A stretch of DNA of 64,000 nt from Rhina ancylostomus (Eukaryota): positions 19,632,403-19,696,402 of the forward strand of contig JARFYF010000050.1 of assembly GCA_030265395.1 (NCBI GenBank). The letters are read 5' to 3'. Each line of letters opens with the position of its first letter. Position 1 is the stretch's first letter. This document shows positions 11,161-24,125 of this stretch, piece by piece. A program made the translations under genes and the position numbers. The notes under the pieces were generated by a model, which was not told the origin of the DNA, searched no databases, and saw only the letters and a list, made by a program, of their open reading frames with translations.

Positions 11161-11621
11161 AGTTATGCTGCTTCCATTAGCACTGAGTACCTCTCAAACA
11201 ACCAGAACTTGCCTGCAATCCCTCGTCAACCCCTCCTCTTTCTCAGCTTAAAGTATCCCTATTATCAATTCTTTTGGAGTCATTGGAAAGGGCTTGAAGA
11301 AAACAAGAAATCATAAATGGTCAAGTGATCACAAATACTAAGCATTACATCTCTTACAGGCTCTTCTGCCTCTAAAAAGCCTCCTCCAATTGGTACTTTG
11401 GAGGCTTTTGATCCAGTTCATCTGCAGGGCAGTAAATGACACAAGATGCTAATGCTTACAAGTTAATAAAATTCCTGGTTGCTTTGGATGGAAGTTTTAT
11501 TTTCTCCATAGCAGTGTTCAAGAAAGACCAGAGATTTAACAGGGTCTGACACCAAGGTGAATGCAACAGAATTGGTTTCCACCAGATTTTCCTGCTTCTA
11601 TCCCTCTATCATCCCATGGTA

Positions 11622-11826
11622 CACAGGTCCTCCCCAGGTTACAAACTCCAGAGTTCTATATAACCCATACCTACAAACGGGCGTTTGGAAGTTCGACAGT
11701 ATAGGTCTGTCAGCTGCTGTGCTGCATGGATCTTCTGCCATCTGGGAACTTGGTTTGCAGCTACATTTCCGACTTGTGAACAGTGCACAGGAATGGAGCC
11801 CTGCTGTATCCTGAGGATGACCCATA
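11622..11826. mobile_element. Possible Tc1/mariner (Tigger-like) MITE remnant
   Basis: Imperfect terminal inverted repeats CAGGTCCTCCCCAGGTTACA / TGTATCCTGAGGATGACCCA about 200 bp apart, with TA at the right end. Confidence 0.45.
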
Positions 11827-13049
11827 ATGGGAATTACAGTACTGTATTAGCGATTACAGCACAGAATACGGCCAGTTGTGAACATAGCAACTCACGTCAC
11901 TAACATTTTCAGCCAAGGTAGGTGTCTCCAAAATACATAATACCACAATTCATCATAAGTTACCTCCAGATGAAGAAGGTTCTTTGACTCATCTTAATTC
12001 ATCTACCGAGAATGACTCCACAATCACCCCACTTCTGCCCCTTAATGGATTTGAGTTTTGTTGCCTCTACCACTTTACCTGGGAATTTATTTGTGGTATA
12101 CATCATTCCCTGTGTGAATAAAAATCATTCTGATACCAGTGCTAATTTGGTTCCCACCCGAACTTGACTAATTTCATTTCCATTCCCCTTTCTATCTTAC
12201 ATACCTGCTGCCCCCTTTCCAGGCTTAGAAAGTCCAAGTCTTTCCTGCTAACACTGATCCCAAATATTAAGACTGACTGCTTGGCTCTGCTCTGCAGTTC
12301 TTGAATTGCTGTCTCCTGTTAAGGACAATGAAGACTGTACTGGTGTAATCCAGACAATACCAGTTCTGATTGATCATATCCTCTTTTGATTGTTTTGGCG
12401 ATGTAGTTTAACATTCCATTATCTTGGATTATTTCAAAGTAAATCTCTCTCTTCAATTATTGTCATCATCTGACAAATACAGACACTACTGCTATTTATA
12501 CTGTTACTTTTTCTGACATGATCATATCTGTGACAGATAATACTACCACTTTACTTGGGTCAGCCTTGTACATAAACACAGTTGCAATCTGTTGACATTG
12601 ATATACTTTTGATTAACCATTTCTCTACATTAATCTGACATTCATGTCTCAACTTTCAAAAAAATTAGGAAATCACGGATACCAAAGCTGATCGGGTAGT
12701 GTGTGAAAAAGAAAACTAAATGGACATCATCAGGTCTGAGCTTTCTTCAGAAGCCAATGCATGAAACTGCATTTCTCTCAAAAGATTTTTGATGTGCTGT
12801 GGATTTTAGGTATTTTCTTATCTTACTCTGATTTACAGTGTTCATGTGTCACATGGTCTCTTGCAACTTGTCAGGATGCCATTCAACCTACTCTGCCTGT
12901 CCTGGCTTGTTTGTTGAGCTATCCAATTAGTCCCACTACTTCACTCCCTTATTTGGAAGCTTCCATCATTCTTTCAGGCAATGTCTTCTTGATCACAAGA
13001 CCTCACTGTGTAAAAGAACGCTTCCTCACGTCATATCAGATTCTTTTGT

Positions 13050-13280
13050 TGGCTGCCTTTTCTCTATTTACCCTTAACAAACCCAATCATAATTTGAATA
13101 CCTCTGTCAATATTCACCTTAGCTACCTCCCTCAGTAGGAAATCCTGGTTCCTCCAATCCCTTCACATTCTTGAAGTCCCTCATGGCTGGTTGCATTCCA
13201 GCAACTCTTCTCTGTGCTCTCTCCAAGGCTTTGACATTCTTTCCAAAGTGTGGTGACTGCAACTGACTTAATACGAACCT
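13050..13280 (-). mobile_element. Old CR1 3' fragment
   Basis: CATAATTTGAATACCTCTGTCAA...TTCTCTGTGCTCTCTCCAAGGCTTTGACATTC...GTGGTGAC, antisense to the CR1 KALERxQ and LIEVFKI motifs. Confidence 0.6.
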
Positions 13281-13625
13281 GATGGAGGTTCACAAACTTA
13301 TGATGGGGATGGGTGGGGTCCATAGCATGAATGTTTTTCCCTTGGTGAGTGCGTCTAAGACAAGAGGGCATTGGTTTCAGGTGAAAGGTAGGAGGTTTAG
13401 GGGGCGATCTGAGGGGGAATTTTTTTCACACAGAGAGTGGAGGAGGTGGAGGCAGATACTCTCACAACAGTTAAGATGAATCTGGACAAGCACCTGAATT
13501 GTCAAGGTGTAGAAAGCTATGTACCCAATGTGGGTAAATGGGATTAGTGTAGGTACATGCAGAGGCTGGCTTGGACATGTGGGCTGAAGGGCCTGTTTCT
13601 GCACTGCACAACGCTGTGACTCTAA
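13280..13625 (+). mobile_element. CR1 LINE 3' end
   Basis: ORF 13282-13479 (EVHKLMMG...SKTRGHWFQVKGRRFRG...FFS) and 3' tail GGGCTGAAGGGCCTGTTTCTGCACTG. Confidence 0.85.
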
Positions 13626-13789
13626 TGGAATTTGTTTTGGGAACTGAAGACAAGAGATTTGGTCTTTCCAACATTTTGTAGGGAAATTTCTGCTTAACAG
13701 CTGTGGATTTTAATCAAGCAGGCTGGCAATTTAGAGACAGTCGAGGTTGTGGTGAGGTAAAATTGGTTGTCAGCAATTTACACAGCAAT

Positions 13790-13925
13790 CTGATCTTGCT
13801 AAAGGGCAGCACATAGAAAAATAAAAGAACACCAAGGATGCATCCTTGGTGGAACCATCCCAGTTCGACAATAGTAATCAGGCATTTGAGGAGGATGGTA
13901 TGGTTAACAGATGGTTACGCTCTGA
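13790..13925 (-). mobile_element. L2 LINE RT fragment
   Basis: The minus strand has HTILLKCL and a frameshifted G.PQG.ILG.LLF-like segment (GGTTCCACCAAGGATGCATCCTTGGTGTTCTTTT). Confidence 0.5.
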
Positions 13926-14837
13926 TTAATTTATTTGCAAGCAACTGCGCAAAGATTCATGCGAGTTAACCAAACCTGCCTTAAACAAGATACTGGGGCT
14001 AAGCAACAATGTTCACCGATTCAGTGTGAACTAGAATTTAACCTAAGTCCTAATAAGGAGGAGGATAGTAAATCTAAAATAGCCCTTTCCAAATTCTCCT
14101 TTCCTTCCAGGCCTGCTGTTTTACCTAACCTTAAATATTCCAAGGCAAACTGTGAAAAATGATGTCACACATGATTGTGGTGACCGATGAAGGAGGCAGC
14201 TGGTCAACTGAGGATCAGAGTGGAGCAGTGTTGAAGGTTTAAGGCGTACCTCAGAAGCTGTGCAAATTAATGCATCAGAGTTTTAAAAAAATCAGCTCAC
14301 TTATCAATAATTAATCTCACTTAAAACGGGAGTCCTGATGTAGAGAAAATTTCCCCCAGCTTCCAGAACAAAAGCAGCAATCAACATGAAAATTTCATGG
14401 CATTATTCATGCACTCCACCCACTGTTTGCCATGCATTGCACTAATTAAACAAAAATAAAACATAGAAGAAACTCAACTATTGCACTGACAACCAGATTC
14501 AGCAGCCAGCTGTGTTTTCACTAAAATTATTCAAAAGACCTGTCAGTAAAAATTCATCAGCTGACGTCTCTCCACGGTGAGCTTTTGCAAAGATACTTGG
14601 ATGCAGATTTAGCTCAATATGAAACTAGGGGCCACAGTTAGTTTGATGAGAAAAATGGAGCAATGTTCTCTTTCTGTTGCAAACTATGACCCGGTGAAGA
14701 AATTCTGGGAATGTCAGTTGCAGGCTTGTGATGATAAAGTTATACAGTGATGTTTCTGCCAATGAAAAATAACTGTAAATCAAAATGCACCTGCAAAAAT
14801 GAATCCCTTAATATTTTTCAAATACCTGACAAACTAT

Positions 14838-15240
14838 GTAGAATCACAAATCATTACAGCACAGAGGGAGGCCATTGAGCCCATTGTTACTTTGCTGGCT
14901 CTCTGAAGAGCAAACTAGTCTTTACCATCTCCCTGCTCTTTCTACAATGTCTTACTATTTAAGTTTTAAATATTTGTCCATGTGAAAGCCATAAATGAAT
15001 CTCCATCCACCACAGTTTCAGCCAGTGCATTCTAGATCATTACCACTCCATACCCAAATCCCTTTCTCCAGTGAACTTCAATCTGTGTCCTCTGGCATTT
15101 GTCCCCCAACTAATGGAAATGGTTACTCTCCACATACTCTGTTCTCCCCTTCTATCTACATGTGCTGTTTGCTTCTATCAAATCTCCTCCAAACTTTTCA
15201 CTCAAATGTTCTTTGTTGTAAGTGAAATCTCTCATTACTA
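14838..15240 (-). mobile_element. CR1 3' end, decayed
   Basis: TAGAATCACAAATCATTACAGCACAGAGGGAGGCCATTGAGCCCAT antisense CR1 tail followed by CR1 3' body motifs. Confidence 0.65.
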
Positions 15241-15887
15241 GAACTACACTCAAGTAATTGTTCGTGTTTATTCATTTGCTGAGTGTGTATTTTTGCATAT
15301 CAAAATAGATTGATGCTCTTAGAGTTATTGTTACTCCAGCTTCTTTTCCTCTTTAATGGAGGTGGATAAAAAGGCTTGGGAAAAGGCTCATGGGGATCAT
15401 AAACTGAAGCACAGAGCAGAATGGAATGTCTTTGTACTGTAACACCTTTGTAATTCTTTGCAATTATTAGTAGGTTATTCCACTTGCTGCAACAAGGCCA
15501 AATCCAAATCTAACTAGATTTTAAAGTGTTTGTTGTTTATTACTTGCTCCTGTCCAATGTGTGTTTGAATCATAAATCCCTGGAAAAAGTCACTGCCATT
15601 GGCTTTATCATCTGTTGTATCCTACAAAATGAGGATAACATTTTCTAAATAGTGTTCTTTTTAATGTTCAGGAAAGGCTCACTGAAATCACGTTTGTGAA
15701 TTCAACATGAGAATTGATCAGCTACTTATTAAGAAGCAATACTTGAGTCTGTGATCCAGATATGGATTTGCCAATTAGCAAGTTAATAGTTAACTGCCTT
15801 CTAAAATAGCCTAGGGGGTAATTAGAGATGGAGAATAAATTCAGACCTTGCCCAAGATATTCTGTGAACAAATACATAAAGAGAAAG

Positions 15888-16121
15888 AACAACAAACAAT
15901 CTGCTGGAGGAACTCAGCAGGTTGAACAGCAACTGTGGAAGGAAAGGAATTGACATTTTGGGTCAAAAATCCTGCATCAGAATTCTGATGCAGTCCTGAT
16001 GCGGGGTTTCGACCTGAAATGTCGTCAATTCCTTTCCTCCCACAGACACTAGTTGACCCGCTGTGTTCCTCCAGCAGATTGTTTGTTACTCCAAATTCCA
16101 GCATTTGCAATCTTGTGTCTC
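15888..16121. mobile_element. Penelope-derived foldback (inverted pLTR pair)
   Basis: Arm 15891-15980 is an imperfect reverse complement of 15996-16087. There is a one-sided ~35-bp extension to GTGTCTC at 16121, a CTGATGC...GAAA core at 15996-16019, and a central 22-bp perfect palindrome at 15972-15993. Confidence 0.85.
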
Positions 16122-17584
16122 CATATACAGAAAAAGTTGATTACAACATTAGCACGTTTCCACACGTTTTAGTTGGTAAATTGAGAGGTAGAATTTAAAA
16201 TGGGGCCTGTCTCCCATGATGCAGTGCTTTAAATTATAAAACCACCCAGAGTATATCAACCAATATATTTTATGATTTTTGTTTATTTAAATTCTGAAAT
16301 GCCACAACCTTGGAGTATTGTGACAAAGTCATTAAATGGTCTCAGCTAATATGTTATACTAATGGAATTATAGAGGTGTGTTACTGATCACATTTTATCA
16401 GGACATTTCATCAATCATGTGTCTAAGGGTCTCACTCAAAAGGGATTGTAAACTAGAGAGCACATTAATGTTGTAACAGTATTCCCAGCTCACTCTTGCT
16501 TAAGTACAGCTCTCCAACAGGGCAGCAGAAGAGGTGTTTAAGTTAACATATCAGNNNNNNNNNNNNNNNNNNNNNNNNNNNNNNNNNNNNNNNNNNNNNN
16601 NNNNNNNNNNNNNNNNNNNNNNNNNNNNNNNNNNNNNNNNNNNNNNNNNNNNNNAGTGCATACATCCTACGATGTGGGTTAAAACCACAATTTCTGTGGG
16701 AGGACTAGAATAATGAATATTTCGGAATGGTGAACAAAATTTGAAGGTAGAAACTATTTTCAAGCCATACACAGTGCATTTAACTAAATATTTAACAGTA
16801 GAAAGATGAATATTTTATGCCATTGGCAACCCACATAACATTACATTTTCTATCATACATATAAGCTGTCATGAGATCAAAATCAGTGCCGTCACTTCTA
16901 CCTTGCAGCATGAACTGAATGAGGCCAAGTTCCATCACCACAGTGCACAAGGAGAAGCTAACTGACAAATCACTGGCAGACTTAATACTCTCTCCTCACA
17001 CTGCCAAAAATGTTAATTTATATGTTGAATTATGCTGCAGTGTATTTTTCAACTATTTCCAATCTTGATGACCAGTGTCAACTGTAGTCAACAGCACGAG
17101 TACTTGCTCCTTTTGTGTTGGCTTGAATAAATCATAAATATTTTCCAGCATCTGTAGCTTTAAAGCTCATCACACTAAGATAGTTGCTGGCTTTAACAAA
17201 AATCCAAGCTGTGAAGACTCAAGGTGTCAAAGGGGAAAACAGAAATAATGGGAATGATTTATTCAAGAAAAGAGAGAATTAACAAATTTCAGATGAAGGA
17301 AACTTTGAATACAATTTCGTTAGTTATTTTAGCATTGATGCAATTCACTGTGGGTGCAACAATGTATTTTGAATTAATGAGGCATCAGAGAAGATTGTCA
17401 CAATTTTCGATTACATTAGTAATCAAATGGTCTGATTAAATCTATTAGCACAGATGGTAAACACATTCCTCAGTGTGGAACTTAGAAATACAAAACAGGA
17501 GGACATGGGTGTGAACCCTGATTTTTAATGATGTCAACTGCAGACATTAATGAAGGGTTTTAAAATTGGACCAGTTCCCTGTAC

Positions 17585-17770
17585 TGGGAAAGAATGGAAC
17601 ATTAGCCAGGCTCTCTCACGCCTGCTGGTTAATCAGTGATTTCTGCTGGAAAACCTTGAGCATTGGCTGAGGTTAAGATTGGATTCAGCTCCAGTGCTCC
17701 TTGTGGTAAATTACCTGTCAACACTTACTTCCAGGGCAATGTGAAAAATGACTACTTCTGTGAAGTACTC
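17585..17770 (+). mobile_element. Ancient SINE remnant (probably same family as 50350-50470 and 61190-61555)
   Basis: Resembles a widespread old elasmobranch tRNA-SINE body from recall; heavily diverged. Confidence 0.3.
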
Positions 17771-18189
17771 AACAAGATCTAATGCAAGTAGAATTGCACT
17801 TTAGTACAAGTCCTTAAGGAGCAGGGGACAGAGCACCATGTTGGAAGCAGATGTATGTTTAGAACAGACCAAACAAAAAGCTTTTTTTTACTGGAAATGT
17901 CATAAATATTGCTCTTATATTCTCCGAACAATTCTGAGGTTAGAATTCTTTTCATGCCACAGGACACATTATAGACAATTGTGTCATCCACTCTATTGAA
18001 TCCAAATAAGATTACACTTGGAAAAAAAAATCTTGTGTTGGAAGTGCTGTGCAAAAAGACTTCTACAATTCCCAGATCTACACAGAACTCTATAGCTGTC
18101 TACAGTGAGGGAGGTAGGAGATGACATTAGTGCTTTTCATCACCTTGGAAAGTTCAATGGCAAGTTTTTTTTCTTCTAAATTATTTACA

Positions 18190-18355
18190 AGACCTGCATT
18201 TATTGCCCCTTTCTCATTATCCTTGAACCTGTGGTATGGAGCTGCACCTTGAACCGTTGCAATGCATGTACAGAAGGTGCTCCCACAGTGCTGTTGGGTA
18301 GGGAGCCTAGCAGGATTTAGATCCAAACACAAAGGAACAATGATTGCATTTCAGA
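18190..18355 (-). mobile_element. CR1/L2-clade LINE 3' end
   Basis: GCATTTATTGCCC...CCTTGAACCGTTGCA...CCCACAGTGCTGTTGGGTAGGGAG...CAGGATTTAGATCC; same family as 10805-11160. Confidence 0.7.
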
Positions 18356-18361
18356 TTACAG

Positions 18362-18542
18362 AACAACACACACAAAATGCTGGAGGAACTCAGCAGGTCA
18401 GGCAGTGAGACTCCTGATGAAGGGTCTCGTACTAAAACGTCAACTGTTCATTTCCTACCATAAATGCTGCCTGACCTGCTCATTTCCTCCAGCGTTTTGT
18501 GTGTTTAGCTCCAGACTTCCAGCATTTGCAGTTTCTCGTCTC
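18362..18542. mobile_element. Penelope-derived foldback (inverted pLTR pair)
   Basis: ACACACAAAATGCTGGAGGAACTCAGCAGGTCAGGCAG (18368-18405) is inverted against CTGCCTGACCTGCTCATTTCCTCCAGCGTTTTGTGTGT (18467-18504). CTGATGAAGGGTCTCG core at 18414. Confidence 0.9.
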
Positions 18543-19774
18543 ACAGGTTAGGGTGCAATTTGGTTGTAAACTGGCAGTTGTTACTTTGGAGGTTTCAGAT
18601 TAAAAGTAAATATGATCCACAAATCACACCAGAACATTCAGAGATCCTGGCCCATCCCAACAGCAATGATAGTTTTGGAATCATTTTACTTGTCAGAATA
18701 TTAAAGGCATTACAAATATAAAGTATCCTCGAGAGAAAAAACAAAACTGGATCTTATCATCCTCAAAAGTGCAGGTGCAAGCTTAGTGCCAAAAAGGGCA
18801 AGGGTGCTTGATATCAGTTTGAGCCATCTGTCAGACATTTGGAGTGGCCATCCAAAGGCTATTTAGGGATGTGGAATGCCCTGCAGTTGGTGTCACACTT
18901 AATTTGGTCTGGCTTACCTGAAGAAAACAATGTTTTTTTTATGTTTCAGCTTGATATGGAGCCAGGAAGAGCAGAATCTCAATACTGGGCTTCACAGCTC
19001 TCCAAAGGACCATTGTCAGCCTACATTACCCCACCCATCNNNNNNNNNNNNNNNNNNNNNNNNNNNNNNNNCTCAGATTTCACTTAATAGTCAACGGACA
19101 TTGGCCAAAATTCTTGAAATAAGGAATAAGGTGAGACAACCAATTTTGAGGCATGCCTTGAGGCACCTGGTTGGGCGAGTGATACTTACAAAGAAAAGGG
19201 GCCAGGGTCAAGCTCTCTTCCCCATGTCCTGGAATATGCCTCCTCTTAATTTCTAACTTTTATTTAATCCATAGTTACTTAACATGAAAGGCCAATCTGG
19301 ATGTCAATGGTCAGTTATATTTTTGACCTAATTTCATTGATAGAACAAATGTGTAGATCTATTACTTTAACCAGTAAAAAAAACTCCCAGAACATTATCA
19401 AGGCAAACAATTAGGAGTTTGCTTTCAATCCTGATCAATGCAGACAGACATCACAAAGCATGCCTTTAATTAAAGATAATTGGGCTGAACATTTTGGAAA
19501 CTGGGAATGAGGACATGCCTGATCTGCAGACTCTGAGAAAATAATATTTTTAAAGATTACAGCAGTGAGTTGATGAGTTTAGTTTTAGTGCCAATATTAA
19601 CCAATTATAAGTCCTTGTACACTAAAATACAGAAGAAGCATTGATCATTTTCAACAGCAAAAACTCAATTGTATTACGAACAGAAACATGAGAAAAAAAC
19701 AGAACAGCAAATGCCTGCTTTTAATTAGAACATAAAACTGTCCCAGGCCTTAAGCTTATATTCTTGTACAGATA

Positions 19775-19990
19775 ACATAAGACACAGAAGCAGGAGTAGC
19801 CCAACTGGCCCTTTGAGCCTGCTCTGTCGTGCAATAAAATCATGCCTGATACCGTGGCTCATTTACTTTGCAGCTTGATTTCCTATATCCTCCAATTCCC
19901 TTCGAGTCCAAAAATGTATCTATCTCAGCCTTGAATACACTCAATGACTGAGCATCCACAGCACTTTGAGGTAGAGAATTCAAATTCTAC
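19775..19990 (-). mobile_element. CR1 3' end
   Basis: CATAAGACACAGAAGCAGGAGTAGCC...GCCCTTTGAGCCTGCTC antisense tail, as at 22645 and 31476. Confidence 0.75.
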
Positions 19991-20609
19991 CATGTGAATC
20001 AGCTCAAATACCAGCTACAATGTAAAAGTGAAAATGCTACCATCTCAACTAGCTGAAAGCCTCTTATTGCAAAGAAATAGCTAATAATTTCTTCCAACAG
20101 TGTTTTAACTGTTATTTGGATAGCACAGAGCTTATGAATGACAGAATTTATTGTGGTGATCAGGTCATTCCAGTCTATTTTTTTTTCATAGCATTTTTTT
20201 AAACATCGTAATAAATATGGAGTAAAAAAAATGATATGGACAAGATTATATTGAACCCAGTTTGAAATTCAAGACATACTTAGAGAAAACAATTTACTGT
20301 TTAGTGAGTTCCTATATTATCTATCACTGCACCTCATAAACTTCTTGTCTGAAATAGGATAGTATTTATTTTTCACTGTAGTGGATCATTTCAGTGTAGC
20401 TACAGAACCTTTCCCCACAATCTTGTGAAATCTTTTACTCAGCGAAATGTTGGAATATAGATCCCTGAAGCACCTCTAGCATTTTCACCTCTAAGCATCT
20501 TACACTGTTAACATCTCGACAATTCTCAGAGATATTTGAGCACCAAGTCATGAGACTTAGTATTTAAGTTTATTTGGTATTTTAAATATTACTTAGCTTC
20601 ATAGTACAA

Positions 20610-20830
20610 ATGCAAAATACTGCAGATACTGGAAATCTGAAATGAGAACAGAAAATGATTGGCAGATCAGATGGCACTGAGTGAAAAGCAGTAGTAGTGT
20701 TTCAGGTAAATGATCAATTATGTCTCTAATTCAATCCAGATCTTATGTCCATTTGTAACATGACCTGTTCCTCTCTCCACATTTGCTGTCTGACCAACTC
20801 AGTATTTCTAGCATTCTCTGCTTATATTTA
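20610..20830. mobile_element. Old Penelope-derived inverted element
   Basis: CAAAATACTGCAGATACTGGAAATCTGAAATGAGAACAGAAAATG on the left, inverted CAGTATTTCTAGCATTCTCTGCTTATATT on the right; same family as 60626-61175. Confidence 0.65.
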
Positions 20831-21709
20831 GCCTGCTTGTTTCCATTCTTGGGAATGGTGGGTAAATTACCAAATATAAGGAGTATTAGAGATATGCAAT
20901 TGCTGAGTAATTTTCAGTGTTCCCATAACTGTTTTCCTATCAATGGTGAATGATTAAGAGTTTATCCATATTTGTTACAAAGTACATCTCAACAGAGCAG
21001 CAAAGCCTTATGAGACACCATTTAGCAATAGCTGGAAGACATCTGATTATTAGAGACTATGTACAGTTTTTAGAAATTGTGTCACTTTTCCTCAGTGTAA
21101 CCTGAACTTATTTGTCATCTGCAGCACTCCAACCAAAATCACCAATGAGAGCTGCTGGAATGAAAGCATTGAAGTTATGCACATTATGAATAGCATAGGT
21201 TCACAGAGATTGAGGCAGTTAGATTTAATGGGAGGCCTTTTTTAAATTCAACACTAAAGCTTCCTATTTAAAAACCCTGAATGCTAAAAAAATTTATAAT
21301 AGATTTGATGATCTTCTTGCTAGTTTCCATGCCTACAGAAATTTCTTCTGCTTCAACTCAACTTAAAGATTCTGTGTCAGCTCAAACAGATCAATCGGTG
21401 TGTGCACAATAGTAAGATGCAAACACTCTGCAAGGTCTTATCCAGAGACAGCACATTCACGATATCTGATTATGAGCAGGCATCAATATAAATAAGGTAT
21501 TACAAGATCTGAATATTTCAGTAATCAATATAAAACATGACTTCATGCTGCATAGTGCAACATGTCCTTTGGTAAATTGTTTGATGGAGATATTTTGAAA
21601 GAGTGGAGATTAGCCTTCCATTAGTGTATGTTCTATGTTCATCTAGTGCAGGAAGCATCAGTGTATTGTGATTAGTAGAGCATAGAATAAGATGATTCTG
21701 AGGGAACCT

Positions 21710-21925
21710 CACATGAAGCAGGAGTACCAGCACCAAAGTGGGAAGCAGGCTCACCAGCACCCAAGGAAACAGCTAGATCAGCACCCAGGAAGGAATGAGT
21801 TACAACACCACTCAAGCAGAAAGCAAGCGTAACAACATCCAGGAAGGCACTCATGAAGGAAGCAGCCACATTAGCACAAGGTAGGGAGCAGCCATAGCAT
21901 CATCCTTGCAGGTGGCAACAACACT
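21710..21925 (+). repeat. Degenerate ~24-27-bp minisatellite
   Basis: Recurring GGAAGCAG...CCAGCACC(C)A units: GAAGCAGGAGTACCAGCACCAAAG, GGAAGCAGGCTCACCAGCACCCAA, GGAAACAGCTAGATCAGCACCCAG and further decayed copies. Confidence 0.55.
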
Positions 21926-22639
21926 ATGATTCACACATGAAGCTCACATTCTAAAACCAATATAGGAAGCACCTAACACAAGCAGCACTCTCCGCACAGC
22001 ATACACCTGTACCGATACTATGTGAACCATATATAGAGAAGCAACACCACATCTGCAGCCACATTTGGGTCCACGCATACAAACCTACACCACTTCCATT
22101 GCATGTAGTGTCATATTGACAGAATATCATTAATCCTATAAATACAACAAACATGCATGAACCAGGACATTAAGCTTATTATTTTGCGAGACTGGCATTT
22201 TTCATCTATTGAAAAAATACCGTTAACCCTCTGAAACACCAAAGTAATTTTGTACCTTATCACCATATAGGACAAGGTTAGTATTTTAAAATTTATCGAC
22301 AGAATTCCATTAAGCATCTGATGCAGAAATGCTGCTGGTAGCTGCAAAATTCTGCACAAGGTTTTGTAATCATTCACTCTTGCGCTATCTCTACATGAAT
22401 TAAAATATCAATTAACTAATTTAGGCTGGATTTCAAGGTGCACATCTGTAGATCTGTATAGTTTATGAGCCCACTTTCTCAGATCTCATTGGCTTAACTT
22501 GCATGTACAACTTACACTTTTTGCAGAAAAATATGTACTTTAGATGTTCCCTGTCTTATTGTTTAATGATAATAAAACCAAACTGAGGCAGCAACATGTA
22601 AAATCTGTTCTTAACCTGTTAAGAGAAGATACTTGCATC

Positions 22640-24125
22640 CAAGAACACATGAACTCAAGAAAATTGGAGCAGAAGTAAGCCATCAGGTCCCTCCAGCCTG
22701 CCCTGTCATTCAATATGATCAAGGTTGATCTGAACTGGCCTCAACTCCTCCTTTGTGCCAGTACCCTAAACCCCTCAAATCATCAACCTTTCAACTATTT
22801 ATCTACCTCAATCTTACATTTTTTTGAATGATCTGACCTCTACCACTTTTGGAAGCAAAGAATTCCAAAAATTCACTACCCTCTAAGTGAAGAAATTTCA
22901 ATGCACCTCAATTTTAAATGATTATCCCCTTATTTGTAGCTATGTCCTCTTGGTTGAGACTTTCCCACTGGTCGAAACATCTCATCATCTACCCTGCAAA
23001 GTTCTTTAGGATTTTATATGTCTTAATAAGTTCATCCCCATTCTTCTAAACTCTAAGGAATACAGACCCAACAGATCTAGCCTCTCTTGATAGGACAAAC
23101 CTCTCACCCAAAGAATTAGCCTGGTGAATCTCCTTCAGACTGCCTCTAATGCTACCTTATCCTCTTCTCTGCAAGGGGACCAAAATTGTGTGTACTGCTC
23201 CAGACGTGACCCCTCCAACACCTTGTGCTAATATAGCAAAACTAAGAATAGGGACCCTATACTCCAAGCCCTTCACATTAAACAAAAAGCTGGAGGAACT
23301 CAGTGGGTCAGGCAGCATCCATGGAGCTAAATGGACAGTCAACATTTCAGGTTGAGACTATTCATCTGGTCTGAAAGATAGAGGCAAGAGAGCCAGTATA
23401 AAATGATGGAGGTTGGAAGGAAGGGGTGGAGCAAGAGCTGGTGGGTGATAGCTGGAGCCACATGATCTGCAGTCTCGTGTCTCACCTTTGCAATAAAGGC
23501 CAACATGACATTTGCATTCTTAACTATTTGTCAGACCTGCTTGCTAACTTTTTGTGATTTATGCACTAGAACACTTTGAATCCTCTGAACTTTACTCATG
23601 CAGTCTCTCCATTTAGATAACAATCCTTTTGATTCTTCTCACCAAAGTGCATGACCTCACACTTCCCCATATCAGCTCAATTTGCCAGATATTTGCCCAA
23701 CTATCCAATCTACTTGTATCCTGTTGCATAATCCCAATGTACTCATCACAAAATATGCTTTCACATATTTTCTTATAATCTGCAAATTTGGAAATCTCAC
23801 ATTTCATTCTCTCCTCCAGGTCATTAAGGTAAATAGTTTAGAATTGAGAGCCAAGAACCGATCCCTGGGGTATGAGACTAGTTACATCTCTATAGCCTGA
23901 AAAGGACTCACTTATACTAATTCTTTGATTTCTATCTATAGCCAATTTTCAATCCATTCGAACACATTTCCTCTAATACCTTGGGCTCTAATGTAGCACC
24001 TTGTTAAACGTCCACTGAAAATCTAAATACACGACATCTATAGCATCTCCCCATCAACTCTGCCTGTCACATCTTCAAAGATTTTGAGCAAATTTGTCAA
24101 ATATGTTTTACTTTTCATAAAATGC
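22640..24125 (-). mobile_element. CR1 LINE, 5'-truncated, decayed RT to 3' tail
   Basis: ORF 23613-23807 KCEISKFADYKKI...RLDSWANIWQ (RT SKFADDTK motif); antisense tail at 22645-22720; interrupted by a Penelope piece. Confidence 0.85.
23281..23482 (-). mobile_element. Penelope pLTR fragment nested in CR1
   Basis: AAGCTGGAGGAACTCAGTGGGTCAGGCAGCATC is identical to 8058-8090. Ends with an oppositely oriented ATCTGCAGTCTCGTGTCTC terminus. CR1 sequence resumes on both sides. Confidence 0.85.

Noticed and set aside
21710-21925. Spaced short repeats as a CRISPR-like array
   Set aside because: Units are degenerate and adjacent with no unique spacers, there are no cas genes, and the context is vertebrate-like.
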